62,313 nt of DNA from a virus. The translations under genes and the position numbers were made by a program. The notes below the pieces were generated by a model. The model was given only the letters and a program-made list of their open reading frames with translations. It did not search any database and was not told the DNA's origin. Within the stretch, counting starts at the first letter, position 1. Each line of letters opens with the position of its first letter. This document shows, piece by piece, positions 6,697-15,380 of the stretch. The stretch lies in the IMG/VR virus record IMGVR_UViG_3300025261_000001; one strand, given 5' to 3'.

Positions 6697-7932
6697 TTAC
6701 GCGGCCATCCCCGCCAGATCGTCAACCGGCGTGCCCTGCTGCGCATCGCGTGCCCTGGCCTCGGCCTCACGTCGCGCCTGCCGTGCAGCTATCAGTTGTG
6801 CACGTTCCTCGGATGCGCGCTGCTGCTCTGCGATGTATGCGGCCTGTTCCCGTGCCGTCTGTCGGCGTTCCTCGGCCTTGTGACGCATGCGAAGCGCCAT
6901 CTGTACGGTTTCGCTGCGGTAGTCTGCCGGGTCAATCCCCAGCGTTCGCAGCATGCGATGGAATCCGGCCTTGCGGACGCTGTAGGGCATAGAATCTAAT
7001 TGGGCTTTGGTAAACAGGTCGGACTTATTCACATGGGTCATGTCACTGTCGCGGACATATTCGACAATGGCATTAGTCAGCATGATATGCTTGAGCAATG
7101 CGCTAGCGTCTTCGCGCATTTCAAAGAACCGAAACTCAATCGTCCCATAGCTGCCGTAGCCGGTGAACCGGATGGCATTACCTTTCCCGATGTTCTGCGC
7201 GAGCACGTCAATAGCGACTTTACCACCGTGGGAGCGCATGCGGTGCAGCTTGAGCCGCCACCTAGCCATGTCGCTCCGGCATGCCTCCGCGTCACGCAGA
7301 TACATACGGCGATAGCGTTCGTTTTGAGTGACCGCATGCGCGTGGTTCGTGTATTGGATAACGTTGTCGCGACTGCCTTGAATCATCCGTTCAAGGTCTT
7401 CCTCGTTCCAGCCATTAGCACGCGAAAATAGCGTCTGCGTACTCATCGGCTCGGCGTTAATGTCGTCCACCACGTTGAGGTGCGCCCACGCCAGCCACGG
7501 ATTCATCGCTGCAAACGCATTCATGCGCGCCTTGTACGCCTCGCGCTTGTTACGGTCCCTGCCGAACAGGACGCCCGTATGGATATGTGCGCCGCCACCT
7601 GCCATCCAATCGACCACGGGGTTGAGGTCCATCATGGACGCCTCGCGCATAATGCGGCGCATGGCGCTGTGCAGCTTAGCGCTATTAATGTAGGGCTTCG
7701 TCGGGACTTCCACCACGCTCGGGTCCATCGAGCAGCCATAGTGCGGGATTTTCTTATGTTCCAGCACGCGGCGCAGCATGGTCGCGAACGCGCTGCAAAG
7801 GTCGCTATCGTTCACATGGCACGCGGCTTTGCCGAACACTTTTTCACCCTTAAACCGCTTGATCTGGCGATCCAGAATGGCCGGCGAAAAGGTCAGTTCT
7901 ACGCCCATCGTTGTTGCAAGTTTCATAGACAT
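6697..7932 (-). CDS. Putative amidoligase (glutamine-synthetase-like COOH-NH2 ligase fold) with a charged helical C-terminal tail
   Basis: Start at ATG 7932 (GGGAG upstream). Motifs seen: MGVELTF near the N-terminus, GGGAHIHTG centrally, and YGTIEFRFFE later. Two of the three signature motifs of the amidoligase/GCS2 fold are good and the first lacks the second Glu. Confidence 0.45.
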   Translation of the reverse strand: MSMKLATTMGVELTFSPAILDRQIKRFKGEKVFGKAACHVNDSDLCSAFATMLRRVLEHKKIPHYGCSMDPSVVEVPTKPYINSAKLHSAMRRIMREASMMDLNPVVDWMAGGGAHIHTGVLFGRDRNKREAYKARMNAFAAMNPWLAWAHLNVVDDINAEPMSTQTLFSRANGWNEEDLERMIQGSRDNVIQYTNHAHAVTQNERYRRMYLRDAEACRSDMARWRLKLHRMRSHGGKVAIDVLAQNIGKGNAIRFTGYGSYGTIEFRFFEMREDASALLKHIMLTNAIVEYVRDSDMTHVNKSDLFTKAQLDSMPYSVRKAGFHRMLRTLGIDPADYRSETVQMALRMRHKAEERRQTAREQAAYIAEQQRASEERAQLIAARQARREAEARARDAQQGTPVDDLAGMAA

Positions 7933-8057
7933 ACTCCCTGCGTGATTAGTGTTGGTTTTGGGACTGGTTTTTGTCGCGGGTTTTGCTGTGCGTGATAGCC
8001 CCGCTTGCACTGACTTTGTATCATAGCCTATACACCAGTGCAAGCGGTTTGCAATCC

Positions 8058-8414
8058 TTAGTTCGGTTTGAACTGTACGTGCTTGGCTACATGCTCAATC
8101 GTAAGTGTGCTGGCCTGACTGTTGCCGGTGTCAGGATCACAGTCGAGTAGCAGCGCCGAACCGGCTAGCACCTGCCATGTGTCCCGGTCGTTCAAGTCGT
8201 GCCGCCACTGAAAGTAATGCTGCAATTCGGGCGGCACAAACAAACCTTCATCATCCACATACAGGTCATGGGTCACGCCGTCCGTCTCACCCACACAGAC
8301 AATATCGAATAGCCCTGAGTCTGCATGGATTAACTTACTGATGGTTCGGAAGTCGCCGTTATAATCCACTTCGGTAATGGTCTTATCGGCTGGGTTAATC
8401 AGAATAGCGCGCAT
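8058..8414 (-). CDS. DUF3846-like protein
   Basis: 118 aa. MRAILINPADKTITEVDYNGDF...LYVDDEGLF follows the DUF3846 pattern. GGAG lies 8 nt upstream. Confidence 0.55.
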   Translation of the reverse strand: MRAILINPADKTITEVDYNGDFRTISKLIHADSGLFDIVCVGETDGVTHDLYVDDEGLFVPPELQHYFQWRHDLNDRDTWQVLAGSALLLDCDPDTGNSQASTLTIEHVAKHVQFKPN

Positions 8415-8460
8415 AACATTATCTCCGGTGATTAGGCGTGAATGCCTAAGTTAATAAACT

Positions 8461-8646
8461 TTAACCCATGACGCATACGCAGATAGTTAACTTCCTCGCG
8501 CATGGCTTGGCTGCGGCGGCGCTACAGAATGCAACACCGGCTTGACTAAAGTGTGAGCCGCTTGAACGTACATACTCAATGCTATACGTCCAGCGCTCGG
8601 CCCCATCGTTGCTCACAGTGCCAGGGCGAATGTCTAATACTTTCAT
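8461..8646 (-). CDS. Hypothetical protein
   Basis: Start at ATG 8646 (MKVLDIRPG...) with GAGGGA upstream. The track start at 8664 overlaps the upstream gene. Confidence 0.45.
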   Translation of the reverse strand: MKVLDIRPGTVSNDGAERWTYSIEYVRSSGSHFSQAGVAFCSAAAAKPCARKLTICVCVMG

Positions 8647-8648
8647 CG

Positions 8649-8930
8649 TTAGTATCCCTCGCATGACAAGTCAAACATCGCCCGATCGTTTGCCTCACGC
8701 TGCACCCATGCGGCTTCGTTAGCCGCTGCCAGCGCCGCCACGCGCAACGCTTCAATCAACCCGTGGACTGCTATGGCTTGCATGTCGCGCGCCTCTCGTG
8801 CCGTGGCGTAGCCGCTGGCGCTGTGGCTTAGGTCGCCATCGATACGGATCGTATAGCGCCATACTTGCGGCCTGCTCGGATGGTACGGGGCGCGGTAGAT
8901 GCGCCCCGGTTCAACGGTATGTTTACTCAT
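8649..8930 (-). CDS. Hypothetical protein
   Basis: 93 aa. The start overlaps the end of the upstream gene by 4 nt. Confidence 0.6.
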   Translation of the reverse strand: MSKHTVEPGRIYRAPYHPSRPQVWRYTIRIDGDLSHSASGYATAREARDMQAIAVHGLIEALRVAALAAANEAAWVQREANDRAMFDLSCEGY

Positions 8931-9823
8931 ACGTCCTCCATGCTGCGCTGCTTTTCAATCTGCTTATGGACCCATGACACCGGGTCGCTACCAAACTCGT
9001 AAGCGTCCGTAAGGTAGCCGCCCTGCATCACAACGTCCTGCGGGTCGAGGTTGAGATACTTACGGAACTCTCGTTCACGGTGGCTGTTGCCGTGCTGTGT
9101 CGGATGGCCGAACAGCCAATCACACCCGGCCATCATATCGACGTCTGTGGCCACACTCGCCAGCTTGAACGCTACGGCTCGGCAATACTGGCGCGTTGCA
9201 AAGACGGCTATGGTATTCATCAAGTCTACCGGGTGAGTCTCGATAGGCACCGTCCCGATATAGCCTGCCCCGCTGCGTTGCAGTGCCACCAGTGCGTGTA
9301 ACTCTACCGGGCGTTCTTCTGCCGTGCGCATAATGAGTGCCGCAATGCCAGCCGCACGGCGTTCTAGTTCGGCCTGTCCCGTGCCACCGGACACGACGCA
9401 CTCAATGTAATACTTGATCGGCGCTACGTTGTTTTCTTCGCGTGCACGTATCCGCATGCTATCGGGTGCGCCTGCTAGGTAGTCGCCTACCATGGGGTAG
9501 GCACCCATGAGACTAGGGTGCCACTGGTCGATAGCACGATCACGGAATGACGCGTCAATCTGATTAACCAAGTCGCGCGCCGGTTTCATGTGGGACTCAG
9601 TGATGCCGCGCTCGCAGTGGTGGACGGCATTACGTTCCGAAGTCTCCCCATAGAACGCCTGCGCGCCACGGTAGTTACCGCCATAAGCTAGCTCAATAAG
9701 TGAGCGTCCGCTCTCTGCCGTGCGGTACGTCTCGCTAACACTGGTGAACTTCTCCACCACAAGCGAACCGTAATAACGTCCATCGATCTTAACGCGCTCG
9801 CTTATTTTCTCTTGGCTAGACAT
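8927..9823 (-). CDS. Hypothetical alpha/beta protein immediately downstream of the AAA+ ATPase (possible partner subunit)
   Basis: 298 aa with an alternating beta/alpha-type pattern around IKYYIECVVSGGTGQAELERRAAGIAALI. No clean DxSxS MIDAS motif, so a vWA assignment is not supported. Confidence 0.6.
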   Translation of the reverse strand: MSSQEKISERVKIDGRYYGSLVVEKFTSVSETYRTAESGRSLIELAYGGNYRGAQAFYGETSERNAVHHCERGITESHMKPARDLVNQIDASFRDRAIDQWHPSLMGAYPMVGDYLAGAPDSMRIRAREENNVAPIKYYIECVVSGGTGQAELERRAAGIAALIMRTAEERPVELHALVALQRSGAGYIGTVPIETHPVDLMNTIAVFATRQYCRAVAFKLASVATDVDMMAGCDWLFGHPTQHGNSHREREFRKYLNLDPQDVVMQGGYLTDAYEFGSDPVSWVHKQIEKQRSMEDV

Positions 9824-9860
9824 AATCGTTTCCCGTTAGTTAGTGTTGTGTGGGTTTCAA

Positions 9861-11273
9861 TTACATACGGTTCGTAACGGTGCGCCATTGATCGTCGCTC
9901 ATACCCTTGCGGATAGTCGCAGCAATAGCGAAGTCTTGCGTAAACCCAGCGCGGATAAGCGCGGCACCACGGATGCTAGCGCGAGGCGACACCACATGCT
10001 TGATACCTGCACCCTGCACCGCTTTGCGCACCTTGTGCACATAGTTCACCCACGCATCATTGCTCGCGAGCGCACGCTCTAACGCTTCGTCGTAGCCCCA
10101 CTCCAACATGATGAACCGATCCACGGTAGCCGCATCCAACTTGTTACGGCCCACATACTCATGGGTTGCACCACTGCCGAACGTATTAGCTGCCGCGATC
10201 ACGATACAGTTTTCATGCCGCACAACGTCACCGTCCGGGAACACACAGTGACCATTCTCAAGCGCGGCATTGAGTGCCACCATGGCTTGCGGATTGCTTG
10301 CGTCCACTTCGTCAAACAGAAACACCCCGCCATGCTCATACGCTTCCCGGAACGGCGTGCGGTGCACCGTGCCGCCCGCATCACGAAAGCCAGTCAGCTT
10401 GTAGTCTGTATCTACTGCGCCGGTATGGTGGAAGTCCAAACCCATAACCTTTGCCGCGTTCATTGCTGCGGTCGTCTTGCCGCTGCCAGCCGGACCGGGA
10501 AGCCATACCGGGAACGCGTAGCCGTTATGGTCACGCACCTGTAAGAGCGACAACAACACCGGGAATTGCTTGTGCTGAATCCCCGCATTTTCCGTGCTGG
10601 TATTGCCTTCGCTATCCGTGCGCGCAATGTGAACCACGGTAGGCACCGCGCCAATCTTTGCTAGCTCCTGCCCGCACACTGCCCGCGCAATCGCTTCCAC
10701 CTGCGCCGGATCAATCGCAGGCTTATTGCTCGCTGCCAATGCCGCCATGAGATTAGCCAAAGCATCCTTTACTTCTGGCTGTGCATTCGCTTCGCCGTTG
10801 TCCGTAGGCGTCACTTGAGCCGCACTATGCGTAGCGGCTGGCTGCGCACGCTGCACTCGGCGCGGATTAGGTAGCGGCACGCTATCTGTCACCATAGAGC
10901 TAACAATCTCCTGTATGTCATCACGCGCTGCGCTGGCTTGTTCCATGGTCTGGTGATTCCCGGTGTTGTTGAAGTCGCCGTCTTGAATGTATGCGGTATG
11001 CGGCTTGCCCGCCTTACCTTTGCCCGCCTCAATAATGGCATGGCTTGATGCTTCCAACGCCGGTAGATGCGCTTCCATTTCGTTCATGCGGTCGCCGTAC
11101 GTCTGCACCATGTGTTGCGCGTAGTTCGCCTTGAACGGTTTGGCGAATGCCTTGATATCCGTAGGCTTTGCACGGCCAGACATCGCCATTTCCAGTTTGT
11201 TTATGTCGCTGGTAACAAGGTTTGCAATACGCAGCGCCATAGGGTGAGAGAACTTAAACGATAGAGTTGCCAT
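9861..11273 (-). CDS. AAA+ ATPase, MoxR/AAA_5-like C-terminal domain with a ~230-aa unique N-terminal region
   Basis: 470 aa. Walker A LPGPAGSGKTT, Walker B VFLFDEVD, followed by ...IVIAAANT...RF, typical of dynein-related/MoxR AAA_5 modules. Confidence 0.7.
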   Translation of the reverse strand: MATLSFKFSHPMALRIANLVTSDINKLEMAMSGRAKPTDIKAFAKPFKANYAQHMVQTYGDRMNEMEAHLPALEASSHAIIEAGKGKAGKPHTAYIQDGDFNNTGNHQTMEQASAARDDIQEIVSSMVTDSVPLPNPRRVQRAQPAATHSAAQVTPTDNGEANAQPEVKDALANLMAALAASNKPAIDPAQVEAIARAVCGQELAKIGAVPTVVHIARTDSEGNTSTENAGIQHKQFPVLLSLLQVRDHNGYAFPVWLPGPAGSGKTTAAMNAAKVMGLDFHHTGAVDTDYKLTGFRDAGGTVHRTPFREAYEHGGVFLFDEVDASNPQAMVALNAALENGHCVFPDGDVVRHENCIVIAAANTFGSGATHEYVGRNKLDAATVDRFIMLEWGYDEALERALASNDAWVNYVHKVRKAVQGAGIKHVVSPRASIRGAALIRAGFTQDFAIAATIRKGMSDDQWRTVTNRM

Positions 11274-12085
11274 GATTTAGGTGTCCTATTGTTAGTGTTG
11301 CTGGTGTCACTTCGGGGTTTAACTTCGGCTCGCTTTCAAGGCGAGGCATGAGTATAGCAGGGTCTAGAATAAAGTTCTACTAGGTCTGCCACGGGCAATA
11401 GATCGATGGATAAGCGAACCTCGCCCGGTTTGTTTCCTGTGTTTCCTAGTGGTGTCGGTGAATGAGTGTCACGCACTGGCAGGAAACAAACCGCGATAGG
11501 TTACAAGCGCACTAAAAGGTTACAGCGAGTTAATAGGATACAAGCGGGGTCTAGCTAGCAGGTGTTGCCGGTAAGCGTATCGAGTTAGATAGACGGGCAG
11601 GGTTTAACGAAAAATGTACAGACAGACTAAGGTTACAAAAGAAACGCATGGAATCAATCACTTACGTGCGGCGTTTCCTCTGTTTCCTCTCTAGACAGTA
11701 GCTAGCGAAAATCGAGGCGTTTACAGCACACGCACTAAGTAACCTTGTTTCTAAATGGTGTAGTTACGCACTAATCGGAAACGGCAGGTCTAAATGGTTA
11801 CTAGTGGTGGTGCGGTTTTCGCCTCGCGTGTGAACCTCTATTAAAAACTGGATACAGGTTACAGTTAAATACTACAAATGAGCAGTACCAATGGTTCCCG
11901 CTGTTTCCTACTTGTAACCTTTTATGGAAATTAAACGGAATTCTAATAATCCGTCTGTGTTGAACCTACGGCTAGGATACATAGCAATTTACGCACACAG
12001 TAACCTTGTAACTTTCCTGTGTACCTAATACGGCCACCGTCCATGGCAGCCTATTAAGTCGGGGTGAACCCTATTTAGAACTTAA
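11274..12085. repeat. Gene-free iteron island (candidate replication origin or regulatory array)
   Basis: No ORF of 60 aa or more in any frame. Four GTTTCCNNTGTTTCCT-type motifs (11432, 11673, 11893, 12012). Twelve GG(T/A)TAC / GTAAC(C/T) motifs. Five (A/G)CGCAC motifs. A 13-bp perfect inverted repeat at 11426-11438/11481-11493. Confidence 0.8.
11344..11379 (-). promoter_or_regulatory. Candidate extended -10 promoter upstream of the AAA-ATPase operon
   Basis: On the - strand, TGCTATACT (-10 TATACT at 11356..11351 with an upstream TG). Weak -35 TAGAAC at 11379..11374 with a 17-nt spacer. Confidence 0.3.
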
Positions 12086-12304
12086 TTAATAGGTAAACCC
12101 AGCTTGCACCATCGCATTACCTTTTCTGTACACAACGTGATTGACATCATCACAGTCGATTAATTCATACTTGCCAGTTGCGCGGTCGTAATCTCCACGC
12201 TGATAAACCTTATTACTGTCCGGCTTGAGCTTAATAAACTCGCCTTTCGGTAGAGACTTAATCATATACATACCCAGTTCCACGGTATTAGCTTGCGTAG
12301 TCAT
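12086..12304 (-). CDS. Hypothetical protein, first gene of the leftward arm
   Basis: Start at ATG 12304 (MTTQANTVELG...) with GGGAG 8 nt upstream. 72 aa. Confidence 0.65.
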   Translation of the reverse strand: MTTQANTVELGMYMIKSLPKGEFIKLKPDSNKVYQRGDYDRATGKYELIDCDDVNHVVYRKGNAMVQAGFTY

Positions 12305-12348
12305 ATGCGAGACTCCCATTAAGTGACGGCGTAAACGTTGAAAGAGTA

Positions 12349-12369
12349 ATTAACTAGATATTAGTTAAT
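12349..12369. promoter_or_regulatory. Operator-like palindrome ATTAACTA-N5-TAGTTAAT
   Basis: Perfect 8-bp inverted repeat with a 5-bp spacer. It lies between the candidate early promoter and the first leftward gene. Confidence 0.4.
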
Positions 12370-12409
12370 CGGAACTACGGATTAAGCGGCCCGGAGCCTT
12401 TCTTACCGT

Positions 12410-12445
12410 AGACTCTATTATACCATCCTTTTTGATTAAGTCGGA
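12410..12445 (-). promoter_or_regulatory. Candidate early leftward promoter (extended -10)
   Basis: On the - strand, TGGTATAAT (consensus TATAAT at 12422..12417 with TG at 12425..12424). -35-like CCGACT at 12444..12439 with a 16-nt spacer. Flanked by CTTAATC(CG) repeats. Confidence 0.5.
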
Positions 12446-12751
12446 TTAAGTTTAATTATCCCGGCCAGTATTATCTCTGATTAATTCCATCCGGCAGGCC
12501 ACGGCGGGGGTAGGGGGCACCGGACCAAGCGATTTCGCACCCCCCTGTCGATCCGGCAAGCCCACTCCGACATACATACTAGAATACCCTTGTAACTCAG
12601 ATAATCCGCGCATACTTCGATCTACTTGAGATAGACACCACCCCGTCAATCTGTTCCCAGAAAATATCTCGCACCCTTTGAAAATTCGCCCTTGCGTCGG
12701 CAGTGCGGCCCCGCGTACTCTGTAACCCTATCGACCCGGACGTTGTAGAAT

Positions 12752-13387
12752 ATGCAACAGCACCCAGCCCCCGCAGCCTTTAATGACTCTGTAGCCCTAC
12801 GTGCGCAGAACCTACGCTTCCGTGGGATAGGCAACCCCTACGCTTTCTTGAATGGCATTGGCATTGTACCCATTAAGGAATTCCTGTTCCGTGGGGCTAC
12901 GATCATCGAGCTAGCGGAAACCATCAACCTTCCCGTCAGCACTATACGAAACTGGATCGAGCAAGAAGGCCACCAGAACGATATTGACGAGGCTAGCACA
13001 CTCTCCGCAGAAGGCTATCTGGTACAAGGCGAGAGGATGTTGCGTACTGCGGCTAATAAGTTCGAGTTGGATCGGGCAAAGTCAATGCTGGAACATGGAC
13101 GTTGGCTGGCGTCGAAACGCGATAAGAAAACCTATGGTAACCTTCCCGGTGAACAGGGTGGTGCCGCAGCCGTCAGTTATACATTCAATATCGGTGCAGA
13201 TAATGCGCAGATCAACATTGCACAGCAGACCAACCTGCGACATAAGGGCGAGGAAGATGCACCTCCACCGGTCACATTTGACTTAAATACATTCCAGATC
13301 GACGGACATAAACCTGATCACTTGCAGAAAGTTCACTCGGACTTTCCGGCCATTGCTGCCCTAGAAGTCCCGGAGGACTACGAGTGA
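12752..13387 (+). CDS. terS: Terminase small subunit
   Basis: 211 aa. HTH-like ATIIELAETINLPVSTIRNWIE. The stop overlaps the GTG start of the large terminase (GTGA). First gene of the rightward arm. No clear SD, so the start is uncertain. Confidence 0.65.
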   Translation: MQQHPAPAAFNDSVALRAQNLRFRGIGNPYAFLNGIGIVPIKEFLFRGATIIELAETINLPVSTIRNWIEQEGHQNDIDEASTLSAEGYLVQGERMLRTAANKFELDRAKSMLEHGRWLASKRDKKTYGNLPGEQGGAAAVSYTFNIGADNAQINIAQQTNLRHKGEEDAPPPVTFDLNTFQIDGHKPDHLQKVHSDFPAIAALEVPEDYE

Positions 13388-14838
13388 CTGTAGTTAATAA
13401 GACCTACACAGCAGAGCCCACGCCGCAGCGGTTACATAATGATCGTGGGATGGACGTGCAGTACATCGAAGGACCGATGGGTTCAGGTAAGTCTACTGCG
13501 TGCATGATGGAGATACTCATGCGTGCGTTCAGGCAGCAGCCGGACGAGAATAAGATACGTAAGTCGCGCTGGGCGATTGTGCGTAATACGTACCCTGAGC
13601 TTAAGACTACCACTATTAAGACTTGGCAGGAGTGGGTACCGGATGAAGTAGCTCCGGTGGTTTACTCTATGCCGATCCTATGTAAGTTTAAGCAGCGCAT
13701 GGCGGACGGTACGAAAGTTGAGCTAGAAGTTTATTTCATGGCGCTGGATACCCCAGATGACGTGAGTAAACTTCTGTCACTGGAACTGACTGGTGCGTAC
13801 ATCAACGAAGCTCGCGAAGTACCGTGGGAGATTTTGGAAGGTTTGATTTCGCGTATCGACCGATACCCGAAAACCATTAAGGATGACCAAGGAAACAAGT
13901 TATATGGTGCGACTGAACCCGGCGTTATTGCCGACAGTAATCCGCCTAGAACTACACATTGGGCGTACACAAAGTTTGAACCGGGAGCATCCGAAGAACC
14001 TGCACCGCAATCGTGGCGTCGATATAAACAGCCGCCTGCGGTGTATTGGGATGGAGAACGGTGGGTTCTTAACCCTGATGCAGAGAACTTACGGAATCTA
14101 TCCAGCGATTACTACGACCGACAGCTAGCGCTGGGTGAAGAACACATTCGCGTGAACTTGGCCGGTGAGTATGGCATGACTAAGCGCGGTAAGGCCGTGT
14201 TTAGTAAGTTCAGCGAAATGAAGCACGTCGCTAAAGAGATATTGCTACCGCGACGCGGTACGACAATCTTGCTAGGCGTAGACTTTGGCCTGACTCCGGC
14301 AGTGGTAGTTGGACAACTTAATATGAAGGGACTGGTGTTACTGGATGAGTTACCAGCAACCGATGAGTCTCTTGAAGACTTCCTAGATCAGTATGTGCTG
14401 CCACTACTTCGCACAAAGTATAATGGCTACACAGTAGTAGCATCAGGTGACCCTTCCGGTTCGGGACGGTCTAGCTTAACTAAGATGACGTCAATACAAA
14501 TGATGATGCAGCGAGGCATCAAGACGTATCCTGCGGTAACGAATAACTTCGGTAAACGTAAGGAAGCGGTCGATTGGTTCCTAGGTCGCGATGAAGGTTT
14601 CGTGGTAAGTCCTAACCTTTCACACATTCGTGAAGTAATGGGAGCGGGTTATGTATGGAAGCAGACCCGGAATAATGCAGGCAAAGTGCTAGACATCGCA
14701 GATAAGAATGAATTCTCACATATGGCAGATGCGATCCAGTACCTTGCGCTCTATGCCCGCTATGGTGCAGGCGTGGCCTCTAAGCCCGAAGACAACGGCA
14801 AGCCAGCGCAGAGTGGCCCGGGGTTCCGGTACGCTTGA
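13384..14838 (+). CDS. terL: Terminase large subunit
   Basis: 484 aa. Walker A GPMGSGKST, Walker B/catalytic LTGAYINEA, and C-terminal nuclease acidic motifs LLGVDFGL, SGDPSG, HMADAIQY. GGAGGA lies 6 nt upstream of the GTG. Confidence 0.9.
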   Translation: MTVVNKTYTAEPTPQRLHNDRGMDVQYIEGPMGSGKSTACMMEILMRAFRQQPDENKIRKSRWAIVRNTYPELKTTTIKTWQEWVPDEVAPVVYSMPILCKFKQRMADGTKVELEVYFMALDTPDDVSKLLSLELTGAYINEAREVPWEILEGLISRIDRYPKTIKDDQGNKLYGATEPGVIADSNPPRTTHWAYTKFEPGASEEPAPQSWRRYKQPPAVYWDGERWVLNPDAENLRNLSSDYYDRQLALGEEHIRVNLAGEYGMTKRGKAVFSKFSEMKHVAKEILLPRRGTTILLGVDFGLTPAVVVGQLNMKGLVLLDELPATDESLEDFLDQYVLPLLRTKYNGYTVVASGDPSGSGRSSLTKMTSIQMMMQRGIKTYPAVTNNFGKRKEAVDWFLGRDEGFVVSPNLSHIREVMGAGYVWKQTRNNAGKVLDIADKNEFSHMADAIQYLALYARYGAGVASKPEDNGKPAQSGPGFRYA

Positions 14839-14894
14839 CGGGCGGCGCTGCGCGCCCTACGGTCAAGGCTCGGGGCAAGTTGCAAGGGTGGCGC

Positions 14895-15380
14895 ATGAAC
14901 GGTATCGACCAAGGTGTGTGGATCATCAACCGCACCTTTCAGGACTACTTAGACCCGAAATACAACTCACTGTCTGCTAAGTTGCAATTAGGTACGACTG
15001 GACTACAAGAGTCTAAATTCATCGACCGTATCCAACAGCCGAATGGGCCTGCCCATAGTTTCTGGCAGATGGAGAAAGGCGGTGCAATTCACGGTGTACT
15101 CAAGCCGGGTTCAATTGTATTGGCTGATGTACAAGCACTGTGCGCCAAGTTAGGCGTGGCTCCCACGGAAGAAGCTATTTACGCAGCAGTAATCAACAAC
15201 GACATTCTCGCTTGTGGTATCGCCCGACTGGCGTACTACTGCGACCCCAACCCGCTTCCAGAGGTAGGTGACGTCGATGGTGCTTGGCGCTGCTATATAC
15301 GAAACTGGGGTCCGGGGAAACCTAAGCCCCTTACATGGCCGGGGAACTATACTGCGGCCAGGAGGGCGTTTAATGTCTGA
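14895..15380 (+). CDS. Endolysin candidate, SLT/lytic-transglycosylase-like
   Basis: 161 aa from ATG 14895 (the track ORF begins at TTG 14835). Motif GLQESKF...NGPAHSFWQM resembles the SLT E-S...G.A.G..Q signature. Holin and spanin genes follow directly. Confidence 0.5.
   Translation: MNGIDQGVWIINRTFQDYLDPKYNSLSAKLQLGTTGLQESKFIDRIQQPNGPAHSFWQMEKGGAIHGVLKPGSIVLADVQALCAKLGVAPTEEAIYAAVINNDILACGIARLAYYCDPNPLPEVGDVDGAWRCYIRNWGPGKPKPLTWPGNYTAARRAFNV

Noticed and set aside
11274-12085. Possible CRISPR array or solitary CRISPR-repeat-like RNAs in the iteron island.
   Set aside because: The repeat units are short (6-17 nt), irregularly spaced and in both orientations. No 25-40-nt repeat with uniform spacers is present, and the genome has no cas genes.
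12501-12547. G-runs as a G-quadruplex.
   Set aside because: Only two long G-runs are present on one strand, so four tracts are not available.
12452-12834. Two - strand ORFs (65 and 62 aa) in the divergent control region.
   Set aside because: They have no SD and an odd composition. One overlaps the terS start. They lie upstream of the candidate early promoter, so they would not be transcribed from it.
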